Source of the DNA: Candidatus Latescibacterota bacterium
GTDB lineage: Bacteria > Latescibacterota > UBA2968 > UBA8231
Length of the DNA stretch: 64,000 nt
Assembly: GCA_965200315.1 (NCBI GenBank)
Contig: OZ241362.1
Coordinates: 2,880,001 to 2,944,000, forward strand
Direction of reading: 5' to 3'
Shown here: positions 1 through 10,691 of the stretch, piece after piece
Position numbering within the stretch: position 1 is the stretch's first letter
How the letters are laid out: each line of letters opens with the position of its first letter
Program-made: the position numbers and the translations under genes
The notes under the pieces: model-generated
Told to the model about the DNA's origin: nothing
The model's database searches: none
The model's input: the letters and a program-made list of their open reading frames with translations, nothing else

Positions 1-1107
1 TCGAGCCGCTGCACGTAGTGGATGGCGTCGGCGATGTACTCGGCTGCATCCGCGATCGCCCGCCCTTGCGCGACAAGCACGGGGAGCTTGGGCGGGCAGG
101 CGCGGGCGACTCGACTTATTTGCAGTACGACGCCCGCTGCACCGAACACGCCCTGCGCTGGCTCGCCGAGCACCGCGACGATGCCAAGCCTTGGGTGGTC
201 TTCCTCAATTTCGTCTGCCCGCATCCACCCTATATCGCCCCGCCGGAAATCTACGCCCGCTATCCGCTCGCAGACGTGCCGCTGCCGCCGCAGTGGACGC
301 CCGACACGTGGCCCGATCATCCGGCATGTAGACTACTTCCGCCGCTTCTTCCGCTTTGACCAAGGGCACCGCGAAGAAACGGTGCGGCGAGTTACAGCCG
401 CGTACTATGGGACTACGACCTACCTCGACCAGCAGATCGGTCGCGTACTCAGTGCGCTCGACGAGCTGGCCCTGACGGACTCTACCCGTGTGCTCTATAC
501 CTCCGACCACGGAGAATGTTTGGGAGCCCGCGGCATCTTCGGCAAGTTTACGCTCTACGACGAAGCGGCGGCTGTGCCGATGATTATGGCTGGTCCTGAC
601 GTGCCGGAGGGAAAAGTGGTGCAGACGCCCGTTTCTTTGGTGGATTGTTTTCCAACCGCTCTCAAGTGCGTTGGGGCTAAACAGATCGACGAAGCCTTGC
701 CCGGTCGGTCGCTGTGGCAGATCGCGCAAGAGGACGATCAAGAACGCACCGTCTTTAGCGAGTATCACGCGCTGGGCACTGAGCACGGCACCTATATGTT
801 GCGCCGCAATCGCTACAAGTACAATTACTACGTCGGTGCGCCACCGCAGCTCTTTGACTTGGCAGAGGATCCCGACGAACTAGAACTAAACGACTTGTCG
901 GGAATGCCAGAGTACCAAGACCTGTTGAGAGATTGCGAGAGAGAATTGCGCACCTTGCTCGACCCGGAAGCGGTTGACGAGCAGGCCCGTGCCAGCCAGC
1001 GGGCGACAGTCGAAGCGGCGGGCGGGACTGCTGCGGTAATTCAACGCGGAGCCTTCGACCACTCACCCACGCCCGGAGAAAAGGCCGCGTTTAGGCCGCA
1101 CAAATGA
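1..1107 (+). pseudogene. Sulfatase (choline-sulfatase-like), 5'-truncated by the window edge, with a frameshift near 325-330
   Basis: Frame of ORF 18..359 carries KPW..FVCPHPPY..P. Frame of ORF 22..1107 carries YYG..YLDQQIG, YTSDHGE, GKF.LYD, LFDLAEDPDE. The frames switch at ...CCGGCATGTAGACTAC. Could be a sequencing indel. Confidence 0.8.
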
Positions 1108-1170
1108 TGCTGAGCAGCACCCGTTTAGCATACTGACTGACGCTACGCAGTCCGCTTCCATAGCGTCGTG

Positions 1171-1228
1171 CCCTTCGACCGGCTCAGGGCACACCGCCGA
1201 CCAGTGCGGGCTGAGCTTGTCGAAGCCC
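1171..1228. repeat. REP-like imperfect palindrome (CTTCGAC..GCTCAG / CTGAGCTTGTCGAAG)
   Basis: Arms CTTCGACCGGCTCAG (1173) and CTGAGCTTGTCGAAG (1211-1225) are near reverse complements. Intergenic, and resembles a common class of bacterial intergenic palindromes. Confidence 0.6.
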
Positions 1229-1319
1229 AAGTTTCTAACGCCACTGCATAACATCAGGTACTGATACACAAGGCTGTAGGCCCATTTGCCCGGACGTACT
1301 GTCGGTCTTTTCTTTTTTT

Positions 1320-2621
1320 ATGCCCGACACCTCAAGCAACACGGCAAATCCCAAGCACAGACTTTCTCCCGCAGCTCGTCGCCGCAGCCAGTCGCGGCTG
1401 ATCGGCGTCGCCGTTAGCGGATCAATCAGTAGTGCCCTCCTCACTTCCATCGTCCCCCTCTTTCTCCTCTCGCTCAATGCTTCGCCTTTTCTCATCGGCT
1501 TAGTCGCCACCAGCGAGTATTTACAGAGGATGGGGCGCGTCGTCGGGTTGCAGCTAATGCACCGCACCGGGAAGGCCGGGGTCTTCTTTTGGGGGCGGCT
1601 ATGCTCGTTCCCGGCGGGGCTAGCACTGGCGCTGTTGGCGTTCTACGGCGCGGACGGGGCTTGGGCCGCTTGGATCGGCCTAGCCCTGTTTAGCGCGCGC
1701 GGTCTCGCATACCAAGCTGGCAACACTGCTTGGTGGCCCCTAGTCCAAGACAACACCGCTAGCAGCGGGGTCGGAGCCTTTCTCACGCGCATGCGCCTTC
1801 AGCAGCGCATGCTCGAACTCGTCTTGCCCATCCTGATCGGCTGGTACCTCGGCTCTCAGCCCGTGGCCGGCGACTTCGGTCCGCTCTTTGCCCTAGCGGT
1901 TTTCTCCACCTGCGGTGGCGCCTTCTTGGTACGCTCAGTAGCTGAGCAACCTCTGTCCCCGCCCGGGGAAGGTCTAATTGGCCGCTTGCGCCAAGCCTTA
2001 GCCACGCCCCCGATGCGCACGTACACCCTCTTCATTATGGCCCGCACGGCCGTGCTAGCGGCAACCTTCCCGCTGTGGGTCGTGGCACTCACGGATGGGG
2101 GACTGCCCGTTAGCTACTTCGTCTGGATGACGCCAGTACAAGCCCTCGGCTATGTGGCTGGGCTGCATGGCTGGGGACGGATGGTGGACCGACACGGCAG
2201 CCGGGGACCACTGACCATCACCCTGTTGCTGCAAGCGGCCATGGCACCCGCTTGGCTCTTTCTGCCTACGGGACTCCCGTGGATCGCACTTTGGGCGGGG
2301 GGTGTCTATTTGCTCTGGGGCGCACTGGATGGCGGCTATCAGATGGGGCAATCGCGGGCGATGCTCGACGCCGTTTCCAAAGAGTACCAAGCCGAAGGGT
2401 TCTCCCTTGCAATGTACGCTTCGGCGCTAGGCGGTTTTGTCGGCGGCATCGCGGGGGGGGCGTGTTTTCAATGGTCTGCTGCGTTGGCTGGTTCGCGGGG
2501 ACCGCTTTTTTACTTGTGTGCAGTCCAGCTCGCATTTGCTGCGGCTTGGCTGCTCAGCACTCGGCTGGTTGGCTACCGGGAGCAAACTCCCGTGCGGCGC
2601 TTCTGGCGCTTGTCATCTTAA
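1320..2621 (+). CDS. MFS transporter
   Basis: 433 aa, about 12 hydrophobic segments, motif-A-like GRMVDRHGSR. Confidence 0.8.
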   Translation: MPDTSSNTANPKHRLSPAARRRSQSRLIGVAVSGSISSALLTSIVPLFLLSLNASPFLIGLVATSEYLQRMGRVVGLQLMHRTGKAGVFFWGRLCSFPAGLALALLAFYGADGAWAAWIGLALFSARGLAYQAGNTAWWPLVQDNTASSGVGAFLTRMRLQQRMLELVLPILIGWYLGSQPVAGDFGPLFALAVFSTCGGAFLVRSVAEQPLSPPGEGLIGRLRQALATPPMRTYTLFIMARTAVLAATFPLWVVALTDGGLPVSYFVWMTPVQALGYVAGLHGWGRMVDRHGSRGPLTITLLLQAAMAPAWLFLPTGLPWIALWAGGVYLLWGALDGGYQMGQSRAMLDAVSKEYQAEGFSLAMYASALGGFVGGIAGGACFQWSAALAGSRGPLFYLCAVQLAFAAAWLLSTRLVGYREQTPVRRFWRLSS

Positions 2622-2700
2622 AGCCTTCGTCTTATGCTGCTAATTTCTGCATTGATTATGATTTCTTAAACGTTTGGTGTGAATAGTTTTTACCATTTCG

Positions 2701-2812
2701 CAGTTCGGCGAAAGCCATGGGGGGCTTCCGAGGTTTAGGTTGATACAGATACATATATTGTGGAGGGCGACCTTAGCCGCTAGTCGGGCTTGTATTCCAG
2801 TCAGGTCATGGG
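2701..2812 (-). mobile_element. IS982-like transposase C-terminal remnant
   Basis: Translates HDLTGIQARLAAKVALHNICI.INLNLG.P, then after a frameshift MAFAEL, matching my recollection of IS982-type transposase C-termini. No catalytic domain is present. Confidence 0.55.
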
Positions 2813-3013
2813 CGACCACTTCGCTGCGCGTCAAAATCGGATTTGCAAAAATCATCAACCCATACATATACTGTACTCATAAAGGTGTCTATGTCTAGCA
2901 TCGTCCGTACTCCTTGGCGAAGGGGAACTTATACCACGATGAACAGAACATAGGCACCTTTGCTTATTCTACCATAATAATCCACACCAAACGTTTAAGA
3001 TGCCCTCATACGC

Positions 3014-4123
3014 ATGATCCATACCGCAGAAGCACTGGCTGAACTTGTCGAGCGCGCTCTAGACTGCGAGCGCGTTGCCCTAGACACGGAATTCGTTTGG
3101 AACCGCACCTATTATCCCAAGTTGGGGGTGATCCAACTGGCTCTCGCCAGCGACGATTGCTACCTGATCGACCCGGTGGCGATTGCGGATCTTTCGCCTC
3201 TTGGTGCCCTATTAGAGCACGCGGAGGTCGAACTGATTCTCCACGACGCCCAACAGGACTTGGCTATTTTGCGCCGGGCCACGGGAGCTTTTCCGCGCAA
3301 TGTCTTCGACACCCGCTGCGCGGCCGGGCTTGCCAATATGAGCTCTACCTCTTCGCTGGCCGAACTCTTGGAGCAAACCCTCGGCGTGGTCCTCGACAAA
3401 ACCGAGACGCTCACCAATTGGGTCCGCCGCCCGCTCTCGGAGGACCAGTTGGCGTACGCCATTGAGGATGTGCGCTATCTGCACGAGGTGCGCAAGATGT
3501 TGCAGGCTCGCGTCGAAGAAATTGGTCGCAGCACTTGGCTGATCGAGGAAATGGCCGCGTACGACGACCCGCGGCTATACGAGGAGCGAGACCCACGCGA
3601 GCAATTCACGCGGATTAAGGGCACGGGCGGCGCTTCCCGACGCGAGTTGGCCATCCTCCGCGAGTTGGCCGCTTGGCGCGAAGAGGAAGCCCAGCGACGC
3701 GACCGGCCGCGCAATCACGTGTTGCCGGACGAAGTCCTCGTGTTACTGGCCCGGCGCAAACCCCAATCGATGGAGGAACTAGGTCGGCTCCACGCACTCG
3801 GTAAGCGCCGCTCTGACCGCTACCTGCTCGAACCGATCCGCCGTGGCTTGGCCGTCCCCGACGAGGAGTGCCCTCCCCGACCACGACGACCACAGATCAA
3901 AAAAGAGGTCGTCGAATGCAAACTCGCCCGGTCCATGGATTGCTTGCGCCGCCAAAGCGATGCAGCGCAGATTGACGCACCTTTTGTTGCGGCCCGCGCC
4001 GAAGTGCGCAACCTAGTCCTCGACGCGGGTGCTGCCACGCCCGAAGATCATCGCCTCCTGCGCGGGTGGCGGCGCGATTTTATTGGCGAAGCCTTATACG
4101 GCATCGCTACCTGCCCCGAGTGA
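3014..4123 (+). CDS. rnd: Ribonuclease D
   Basis: DEDDy exonuclease motifs (ALDTEF, HDAQQDL, FDT, YAIEDV) plus HRDC domain (LAAWREEEA..RDRPRNHVL). Confidence 0.92.
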   Translation: MIHTAEALAELVERALDCERVALDTEFVWNRTYYPKLGVIQLALASDDCYLIDPVAIADLSPLGALLEHAEVELILHDAQQDLAILRRATGAFPRNVFDTRCAAGLANMSSTSSLAELLEQTLGVVLDKTETLTNWVRRPLSEDQLAYAIEDVRYLHEVRKMLQARVEEIGRSTWLIEEMAAYDDPRLYEERDPREQFTRIKGTGGASRRELAILRELAAWREEEAQRRDRPRNHVLPDEVLVLLARRKPQSMEELGRLHALGKRRSDRYLLEPIRRGLAVPDEECPPRPRRPQIKKEVVECKLARSMDCLRRQSDAAQIDAPFVAARAEVRNLVLDAGAATPEDHRLLRGWRRDFIGEALYGIATCPE

Positions 4124-5717
4124 GCGGGCTGAGCCGCGCCAGATCAGGCAGAGCGGCACTACCAGCACCACCAGCACCGACGAAGATATTAGCCCTCCCG
4201 ATGTACCCAAGGCCAAGGTGTACCAGATGTCGCCCCGGTCTCCTTGCAACAGCAACGGCAAAAAGCCGGCGATCGTCGTCAGCGTGGTAATGAAAATGGG
4301 GCGCAACCGCTGGAAAGCGGCGCGGATAACCGCGTCCTGCACAGACGCTGGCTATGTTCGTAACGCGCTAGAAATGTGATGTACCAGTAAGATGGAATTG
4401 TTCACGGAAATACCCATCAAAAGCAGTAGCGCAGCATATCCACCTTGGTCGAAAGAAGCACCCGACAAGTAAAACCCGGCACCCACCCCGATCAGGGCGA
4501 GCGGCAGGGGCGAGCAACACCATTAGCGGTCGGGTCCAAGACTCAAAGAGCGCCGCCGCGATCATCCAAACTAAGACGACCGAGAGTAGCACTATGAGGG
4601 CCAGTTCTCGTTCTTCCTCTTCACTGAAAACCGACATCATATAACCCCGCGACAGGCTGTATCCGTAGGGTATAGGTGTGTGGTCCATTATATCCTACAC
4701 CACCATTTCGGCGTAGGAAAAATCGCCCAAGATCGTAAACTCGACCTCTTTGATGTAGCGTTGATTTTCCCGCTTGATCTCGGGCCGCACATAGTGCTTT
4801 TGCAAGCGGCTGACATCGCCGATGCGGGCACCCCCTTCCGCCCGTAAGGCTTGATTCAAGCGGCGCAGATCGGTACGGCGGGCCGTCGTATCAGCAACAG
4901 CGGCCATATACTCCCGACGGTCCACGTACAGCTTGGCGACCGGGGCTCCGCCGTCGAGCCGGGTTTGTATCTGATCGGCGACTGCGGCGTGGTCAAGGCC
5001 CAGCGGCGCGGTCTTGGCGTGGTCAATCTGGGCTAGCACCTCGTAACGAGGTGGCCCATAGGCGCGGTCGATGTGAATATCCTTGCTCCGCCGCGATCGG
5101 CGATCCTGCAATCGCTCGGCGATTCCGGTGGCGATTTGGCCTACCTGCCTAAAATTATAGCCCTTTACTTCCAGTCGCCTCGACGCACTCAAGCCACCTC
5201 CTAGTCCTCTCCCCTCTGGTTCTAGGTCCTGACTCCATATACGAAAACCGACGCCGCCGATGTTGTGCCCGTAAGCCGCTAAATTGTCGTATAGCACGTA
5301 GGGCACATTCGACTTTTTGTACTCCTCCTCCATCAACACCTGCACAAGTCCATACCGGCCATGCGTTTGGGTGATAATCCCCTTGATGTACGGGAAAAAC
5401 AAGAGTACCTGCTTTTCAATGCCCTGCAACAGCCCGTCCAATCGGCTGATGTGCGCGTTGTGCGGCATCTCGAGGAAGACGATCAGGGAAAACCCCTCGG
5501 TTATTTCCCGCAAGAGGTGTCCATACGGAGACTCTTCTATGCGGTGGCCGACGTCGCGGAACAGAAAGTAGGTCGCACCACCAAACGCACTAAAAAGCAC
5601 CGGTTTAATCACGCCTAATAGCGGGTTGCCCCACACCGCGTTGTAGAGCCGCGTCCCTCCATCGTAGAGCCGTTCCCAAGCGGAATCTGACCCCTCTTCC
5701 CTCTCAGAGATCAACAC
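4094..5717 (-). pseudogene. RND/AcrB-family efflux permease, C-terminal half, degraded
   Basis: Motifs IKRENQRY, WMIAAALFES, VNNSILL, RLRPIFITTLTTIAGFLPL are spread over three ORF pieces, with TAG stops (4695, ~4352) and a frameshift near 4500. N-terminal half absent. Confidence 0.85.
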
Positions 5718-6097
5718 CCTACCGGCGAACGTACCCAGCGCCGCGATAGATCGTGAAAGACCAAAAGGTAACGATCTTCCAATAGCATCATGGCCGTTAC
5801 CTGGCTTATACGCAATGCCCCCATATCCTCACGAGAACCGCAACCTATGTCACTATGGCTGTCTGGCAATGGGACGTAATTAGGCTGATGTCGATTATGG
5901 GAATAAATCACCTCCAATACTTCGCTATCAGGGTCAACACGATGCTCCTTAACCACAGGCTGAGGAACAAAAAGGCCAAATTGCCAGGCGACCTTTCCAC
6001 TCTCTGCTTCAAGCTCTTTCACTTTATCGTCGTTTGGTCCCAAGTAATACAAATGGTTCAATGCAGAATTATAGCTTACTTGTGCAAAAAGAGACAT
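5711..6097 (-). pseudogene. Hypothetical fragment (possibly beta-propeller-like), abutting the RND remnant
   Basis: 128-aa ORF, lower GC, no signal peptide or recognisable complete domain. Confidence 0.3.
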
Positions 6098-6265
6098 TCG
6101 ACATGTTAGAAAACCTTGCTTTTTTGTAGAAAGAGGGATTGTATATTGTACAGTCCAGCTATCGTCAATGATTCTCTTCTGTAGCTGAAATATATTATTT
6201 AGAATTACAAGGCCCTGCAGGACCTATCTTTCAAGATCGAATTAAACGAATGGGGACACATCACC

Positions 6266-6664
6266 ATGACGCCGGCCTCAAATAAACGCGGCCATATCCA
6301 AGTCCTCATCGCCTTCACCCTGATGCAACAGAAAACAGCGGGGCGCGGCCTGACCGAGTGCTCAATCCAGACCAGCCAAGGCGTCAAAGTCGCCGATGTA
6401 GCTTGGGGTTCAGAGGCATTCTTCGCCCGCCACGAGATGGATACGCCCTATCTCCAAGCGCCGGAACTATGCGTCGAAATCCGCTCACCCTCCAATTCCA
6501 TCGGCGAGATGCTGGCTAAGAAGGATTTGTACTTGGCTCGAGGTGCCCAAGAATTCTGGCTTGTCGACGAAGAAGGTCGCCTGAGCTTTTACTCCTATGG
6601 AGGTGAACAAGAGCAATCGACCCTGTTCGCCGACTTTCCTCCAGCCCTAGCGGTTCCAGAGTAA
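6266..6664 (+). CDS. Uma2/DUF820 family PD-(D/E)xK endonuclease-like protein, N-terminus damaged
   Basis: VADVAW, APELCVEIRSPSN, YLARGAQEFWLVD. Homology continues upstream in frame (ALQDLSFKIELNEWGHIT) to a TAG at 6200. Confidence 0.85.
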   Translation: MTPASNKRGHIQVLIAFTLMQQKTAGRGLTECSIQTSQGVKVADVAWGSEAFFARHEMDTPYLQAPELCVEIRSPSNSIGEMLAKKDLYLARGAQEFWLVDEEGRLSFYSYGGEQEQSTLFADFPPALAVPE

Positions 6665-6698
6665 CGCGACTCTCTCCCTCTTTCTCGCAGGCCAACAG

Positions 6699-7943
6699 AT
6701 GCTCAACGTACTGCGTAGCCAATTTATCGAATGGGGCCTCGGCAGAGACCTCAGTGAAGACCTCGCCGCATTGGTCGCCTTGGCCGTGGTGGCCGTCGTC
6801 GCCTTGCTCGCCCACCGTCTGGCCAGAGGCCCACTACTCCGCGGCCTCGCCGCCATCATTCGCCGCACCGATATCCCTTGGGACGACTCCCTAATCGAGT
6901 GCCGGGGCCTGCACCGGCTGGCTCATCTAGTCCCCGGCTTCATCTTCTACTACCTAGCACCAATGGCCTTAGCAGGTCACCCCGTTTCCGTCAAAATCAT
7001 CCAGACCGCGGCGCATATTTATCTGGTGCTCTCCGGCTTACTAGCCGTTGAGGCGTTGATAAATGCGGGCGTCCGCATCTACAACGGCACGAGGGACTCG
7101 CACGAAGTCTCTATCAAGGGGCTGGTGCAGTTTTTCAAGATCATCCTCTTTTTGCTCGGCAGCATCCTCGTCGTCTCGCTCCTAATCGGCCAATCGCCGC
7201 TCTACTTACTCGGCGGCCTGACGGCGATGACCGCGGTCTTGCTTTTAGTCTTCCGCGACTCGATCCTCGGGTTGGTCGCCGGCATCCAGATCTCGGTAAA
7301 TCGCATGGTCGCCTATGGCGACTGGATTGAAATGCCCCAGTACGGAGCCGATGGCGACGTGATCGACATAACGCTGACGACGGTCAAGGTGCAAAATTGG
7401 GATAAGACCATCACGACCATTCCCACGTACGCGCTGATTGGCGAATCGTTCAAAAACTGGCGCGGGATGCAGGATTCGGGCGGGCGGCGGATCAAGCGGG
7501 CGATCTACCTCGACGTCAGCACCATCGCGTTTTGCGACGAGGAAATGCTCGCCCGTTTCGCCAAAATCCAGTACATCACCGCCCACATTGAGCGCAAGAA
7601 GCAAGAGCTAGCCGAATACAACAAGCTCAACCAAGTGGACCTTTCGCATCTGGTAAATGGGCGGCGCATGACCAATATCGGCACCTTCCGCGCATACATA
7701 CAGGCGTATCTAAAGAACCATCCGCAGATCAACCAAGAGATGACCTTCCTCGTGCGCCAGCTAGCGCCGACCTCCAAGGGGCTACCCCTCGAAATCTACG
7801 TCTTTTGCAAGGATATCGTCTGGGCCAACTACGAGGCGATTCAGGCCGACATTTTCGACCACATCTTCGCCATTGTGCCCGCCTTTGATCTGCGAGTTTT
7901 CCAAGAGCCGACCGGGACGGATTTTCAGGCACTTCATACCTAA
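6699..7943 (+). CDS. ybdG: MscS-family mechanosensitive channel (YbdG/MscM-like)
   Basis: DSILGLVAGIQ, GDWIEMP.YGADGDV, VKVQNWDKTITTIPTY, GRRIKRA, YEAIQADIFDH. Confidence 0.9.
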   Translation: MLNVLRSQFIEWGLGRDLSEDLAALVALAVVAVVALLAHRLARGPLLRGLAAIIRRTDIPWDDSLIECRGLHRLAHLVPGFIFYYLAPMALAGHPVSVKIIQTAAHIYLVLSGLLAVEALINAGVRIYNGTRDSHEVSIKGLVQFFKIILFLLGSILVVSLLIGQSPLYLLGGLTAMTAVLLLVFRDSILGLVAGIQISVNRMVAYGDWIEMPQYGADGDVIDITLTTVKVQNWDKTITTIPTYALIGESFKNWRGMQDSGGRRIKRAIYLDVSTIAFCDEEMLARFAKIQYITAHIERKKQELAEYNKLNQVDLSHLVNGRRMTNIGTFRAYIQAYLKNHPQINQEMTFLVRQLAPTSKGLPLEIYVFCKDIVWANYEAIQADIFDHIFAIVPAFDLRVFQEPTGTDFQALHT

Positions 7944-7982
7944 GAAGCCCGTGTGTAACGTCAAAAATTAAAAGATACCGCT

Positions 7983-8510
7983 ATGTCCACTGAAAACTTG
8001 CTCTACACCACCGTGTCCAGTCCCATCGGCGAGTTGCTCCTAGCCGGCGACTCCACGGGCCTGCGGCACATCCATTTCAAAAGCCGCGACTTTACCCCGC
8101 CTCCGGATTGGCAGGCTGTGGCTGCTCTACCCTACCCGGTCGTCGACCAGCTCGATTCCTATTTCGCCGGTCATCTACACAGCTTCGACCTACCGCTCCA
8201 TCCCCAAGGAACGGCGTTTCAGCGCAAAGTCTGGGCTGCGCTCGCGGAGATTCCCTACGGCGAGACGATCTCCTACTTGGAGCTAGCGCACCGCATCGGC
8301 AACCCGCGCTCGATCCGCGCCGTCGGTTTGGCCAACGGCAGGAATCCCCTGCCGATTGTCGTGCCTTGTCACCGCGTCGTTGGCAGCAACGGCTCACTAG
8401 TCGGCTACGCCGGAGGGCTGCCGATCAAAAGAGCGTTGCTCGCCCTCGAAGGCGCACTTGCGTCGCCAATGCTGGCGACGGGAAGCTCTCCTCAACTCGA
8501 TCTCTTCTAA
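7983..8510 (+). CDS. ogt: Methylated-DNA-protein-cysteine methyltransferase
   Basis: GTAFQRKVW, IPYGETISY, active-site PCHRV. Confidence 0.95.
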   Translation: MSTENLLYTTVSSPIGELLLAGDSTGLRHIHFKSRDFTPPPDWQAVAALPYPVVDQLDSYFAGHLHSFDLPLHPQGTAFQRKVWAALAEIPYGETISYLELAHRIGNPRSIRAVGLANGRNPLPIVVPCHRVVGSNGSLVGYAGGLPIKRALLALEGALASPMLATGSSPQLDLF

Positions 8511-8523
8511 GGCTGGAGGTTTC

Positions 8524-9633
8524 ATGTCCACGTATCGCATTGCTATCATTGGCACGGGGCGCGTCGGCTATCAGTTCAGTTTCTCCGACCTGCCCGACAA
8601 CCACGCCGCCGCAGTCGCTCAACACCCTTCCTGCGAGTTGGTCGCCGGCGTCAACCGGGGACGCGAAAAGCTCGACGCCTTTGGCGAGCGCTTCGGCGTC
8701 GAGGCGCTCTACCACGACTATCGGCAAATGCTCGACGCGGTCCAGCCCGACATCTGCATCGTCGCCACCCACCCCGAGCTTCACGCCGAAATGGTCACTA
8801 GCTGCGCCCAAGCCGCCTCGACGCGAGCCATCATCTGCGAAAAGCCAATGGCCCTTTCGCTGGAGGAGTGCGACCAGATGATCGCGGCCTGCCAAGCCGA
8901 GGACGTGCTCTTGCAGATCAACCACAACCGCCGCTGGCATTCCGAGTGGGTTCTCGCCAAAACGCTCCTCGACGCAGGAGCTATCGGCGAGCTCAATCAC
9001 ATCTATTGCTATATGGACGGGGGCAAGCCGGCCCCCTCGTGGCGCAGCGAGAACGAAGGCCCCTTACTGCACGACTTTACCCACTATTTCGACCTGATGG
9101 ATCTCTACGCCGGCGAGGTGGAGTGGCTGTGCGGCATGGCTGAGCAGCGCATGCGCCCGTGGGCTGTCGAGGATTTTTCAGCCGCTATGCTCAAGTTCAA
9201 AGGGGGGGGCACCGGGCTGATCTGCGGTGCCGAGCTAACGCAGTACAACGACAACGCCTTTGAACTGCGCGGCTCGACCGGCCTGATTCGCATGGACCTC
9301 GAGCAGGTCCGCCTCTTTCAGTCCAAGGTCGCGCTGTCTGAGCCCGACAGCGGCTTTGAGTGGAGCAGCCTCGAAGAAGTCGAAGTTGAACGGCCGGCCC
9401 CGGTCTCTACGTACGTCGCAGCACTTTCTGAGTTGATCGACGCTTTGGAAGGACGCGGCACCTTGCGCAGCGATGGCGCGGTGGGCCGCCGCTCGTTGGA
9501 AATGGTTATGGCCATCTATCAGTCGCAGCTAGAGGGCAACGGCCCCGTTCACTTCCCCATCTCGCTCGCCGAATCCGGCGTCGCGGCACTGCGTCGGGCG
9601 GGGAATTTTGAGGAGCGACCACAGCGCAATTAG
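8524..9633 (+). CDS. Gfo/Idh/MocA oxidoreductase
   Basis: IAIIGTGRVG, CEKPMA, HNRRW; ATG 8524 preceded by GGAGG. Confidence 0.9.
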   Translation: MSTYRIAIIGTGRVGYQFSFSDLPDNHAAAVAQHPSCELVAGVNRGREKLDAFGERFGVEALYHDYRQMLDAVQPDICIVATHPELHAEMVTSCAQAASTRAIICEKPMALSLEECDQMIAACQAEDVLLQINHNRRWHSEWVLAKTLLDAGAIGELNHIYCYMDGGKPAPSWRSENEGPLLHDFTHYFDLMDLYAGEVEWLCGMAEQRMRPWAVEDFSAAMLKFKGGGTGLICGAELTQYNDNAFELRGSTGLIRMDLEQVRLFQSKVALSEPDSGFEWSSLEEVEVERPAPVSTYVAALSELIDALEGRGTLRSDGAVGRRSLEMVMAIYQSQLEGNGPVHFPISLAESGVAALRRAGNFEERPQRN

Positions 9634-9641
9634 GAACGGAC

Positions 9642-10649
9642 ATGGCCAAAGACAAAACGCGACCCAAAGACAAAAGTCGCACCCGCAAAAAACTCCGTGT
9701 CGCCTTCATCGGCGCTGGTGGTCGCGCCCTGATGGTCCACTACCCTTCACTGCGCGACATTCCCGAGGCCCAACTAGTCGCCGTCGCCGAACTCGACGAA
9801 CAGCGCCTGCACAAAACCTGTGACCTCTACGACATCAAAGGCCGCTACAGCGCCTACCGCCAAATGCTCGAGTGCGAAAGACCCGACGCGGTTTACGCCA
9901 TCATGCCACCGCACCACCTTTTCGACATCTGCGCCACCGTTATTGAACACGGCTGCCATCTCATCATCGAAAAACCCGCCGCCGTTACCACTGAGCAAAT
10001 TCGCCAACTCGCCGCTTTAGCCCGCCGCCACAAAGTCCTGACCGGCGTCGCCTTTCAACGCCGTTTTGCCCCCGTCATTCGCCGCGGCAAAGCGCTGTGC
10101 GAAAAACGCGGTATTGTGCATACTGCCCACGCCAGCTTCTACAAAAACTGGGTCGGCGGCACTCCCTACTATCGCGGAGCTTTGGACATGCTTACCTGCG
10201 ACGGCATCCACGCCGTCGACACCCTGCGCTACCTGTGCGGCGGTGAAGTCGAATCCGTCGCCAGCGACTCGCGTCGCCTCCACGCCGACCACTGGAATGT
10301 CCACCTAGCCCTAGTCCGTTTCAGCAGCGGGGCCACCGGACTCTTGCTCAACAACTTCATGGCTGGCCGACGGATATTCAGCGTCGAGGTCCATTCTCCC
10401 GGCATCTCCTTCTTCGGCGATCCTGAAGAAGGCGGCCAGCTCTACGCCGACAACAAAACCGAGCCCATAGACGAATTGGACCCTACCATCTTGGCCGGCA
10501 GCGCAGAGGACTATCGAGCCTTCGGCCCCTACGATATCAACCGCCACTTCGTGGACTGCATGTTAAAGGGAAAAGACCCTGAGACGAATTTCGACGACGC
10601 GACCAAGACCATGGAATTGGTCGACGCAGTCTACAATTCGCAAATTTGA
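9642..10649 (+). CDS. Gfo/Idh/MocA oxidoreductase
   Basis: VAFIGAGG, IEKP, FQRRF, DGIHAVD. Confidence 0.9.
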   Translation: MAKDKTRPKDKSRTRKKLRVAFIGAGGRALMVHYPSLRDIPEAQLVAVAELDEQRLHKTCDLYDIKGRYSAYRQMLECERPDAVYAIMPPHHLFDICATVIEHGCHLIIEKPAAVTTEQIRQLAALARRHKVLTGVAFQRRFAPVIRRGKALCEKRGIVHTAHASFYKNWVGGTPYYRGALDMLTCDGIHAVDTLRYLCGGEVESVASDSRRLHADHWNVHLALVRFSSGATGLLLNNFMAGRRIFSVEVHSPGISFFGDPEEGGQLYADNKTEPIDELDPTILAGSAEDYRAFGPYDINRHFVDCMLKGKDPETNFDDATKTMELVDAVYNSQI

Positions 10650-10691
10650 TCAGCACTGTCCGCGTTAATCAACGCTCTTAAAGGCAAGTCG

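Noticed and set aside
2891-2953. 20-aa leader peptide upstream of rnd
   Set aside because: Has an RBS-like AAAGG but no attenuator structure or biased codons; unsupported.
5700-5720. Cys-UGA at the end of ORF 5711-6097 as selenocysteine
   Set aside because: Read-through gives no plausible protein; the region is a pseudogene junction.
6266-6664. Uma2 as a defence system
   Set aside because: Solitary, damaged N-terminus, common multicopy family, no partner genes.
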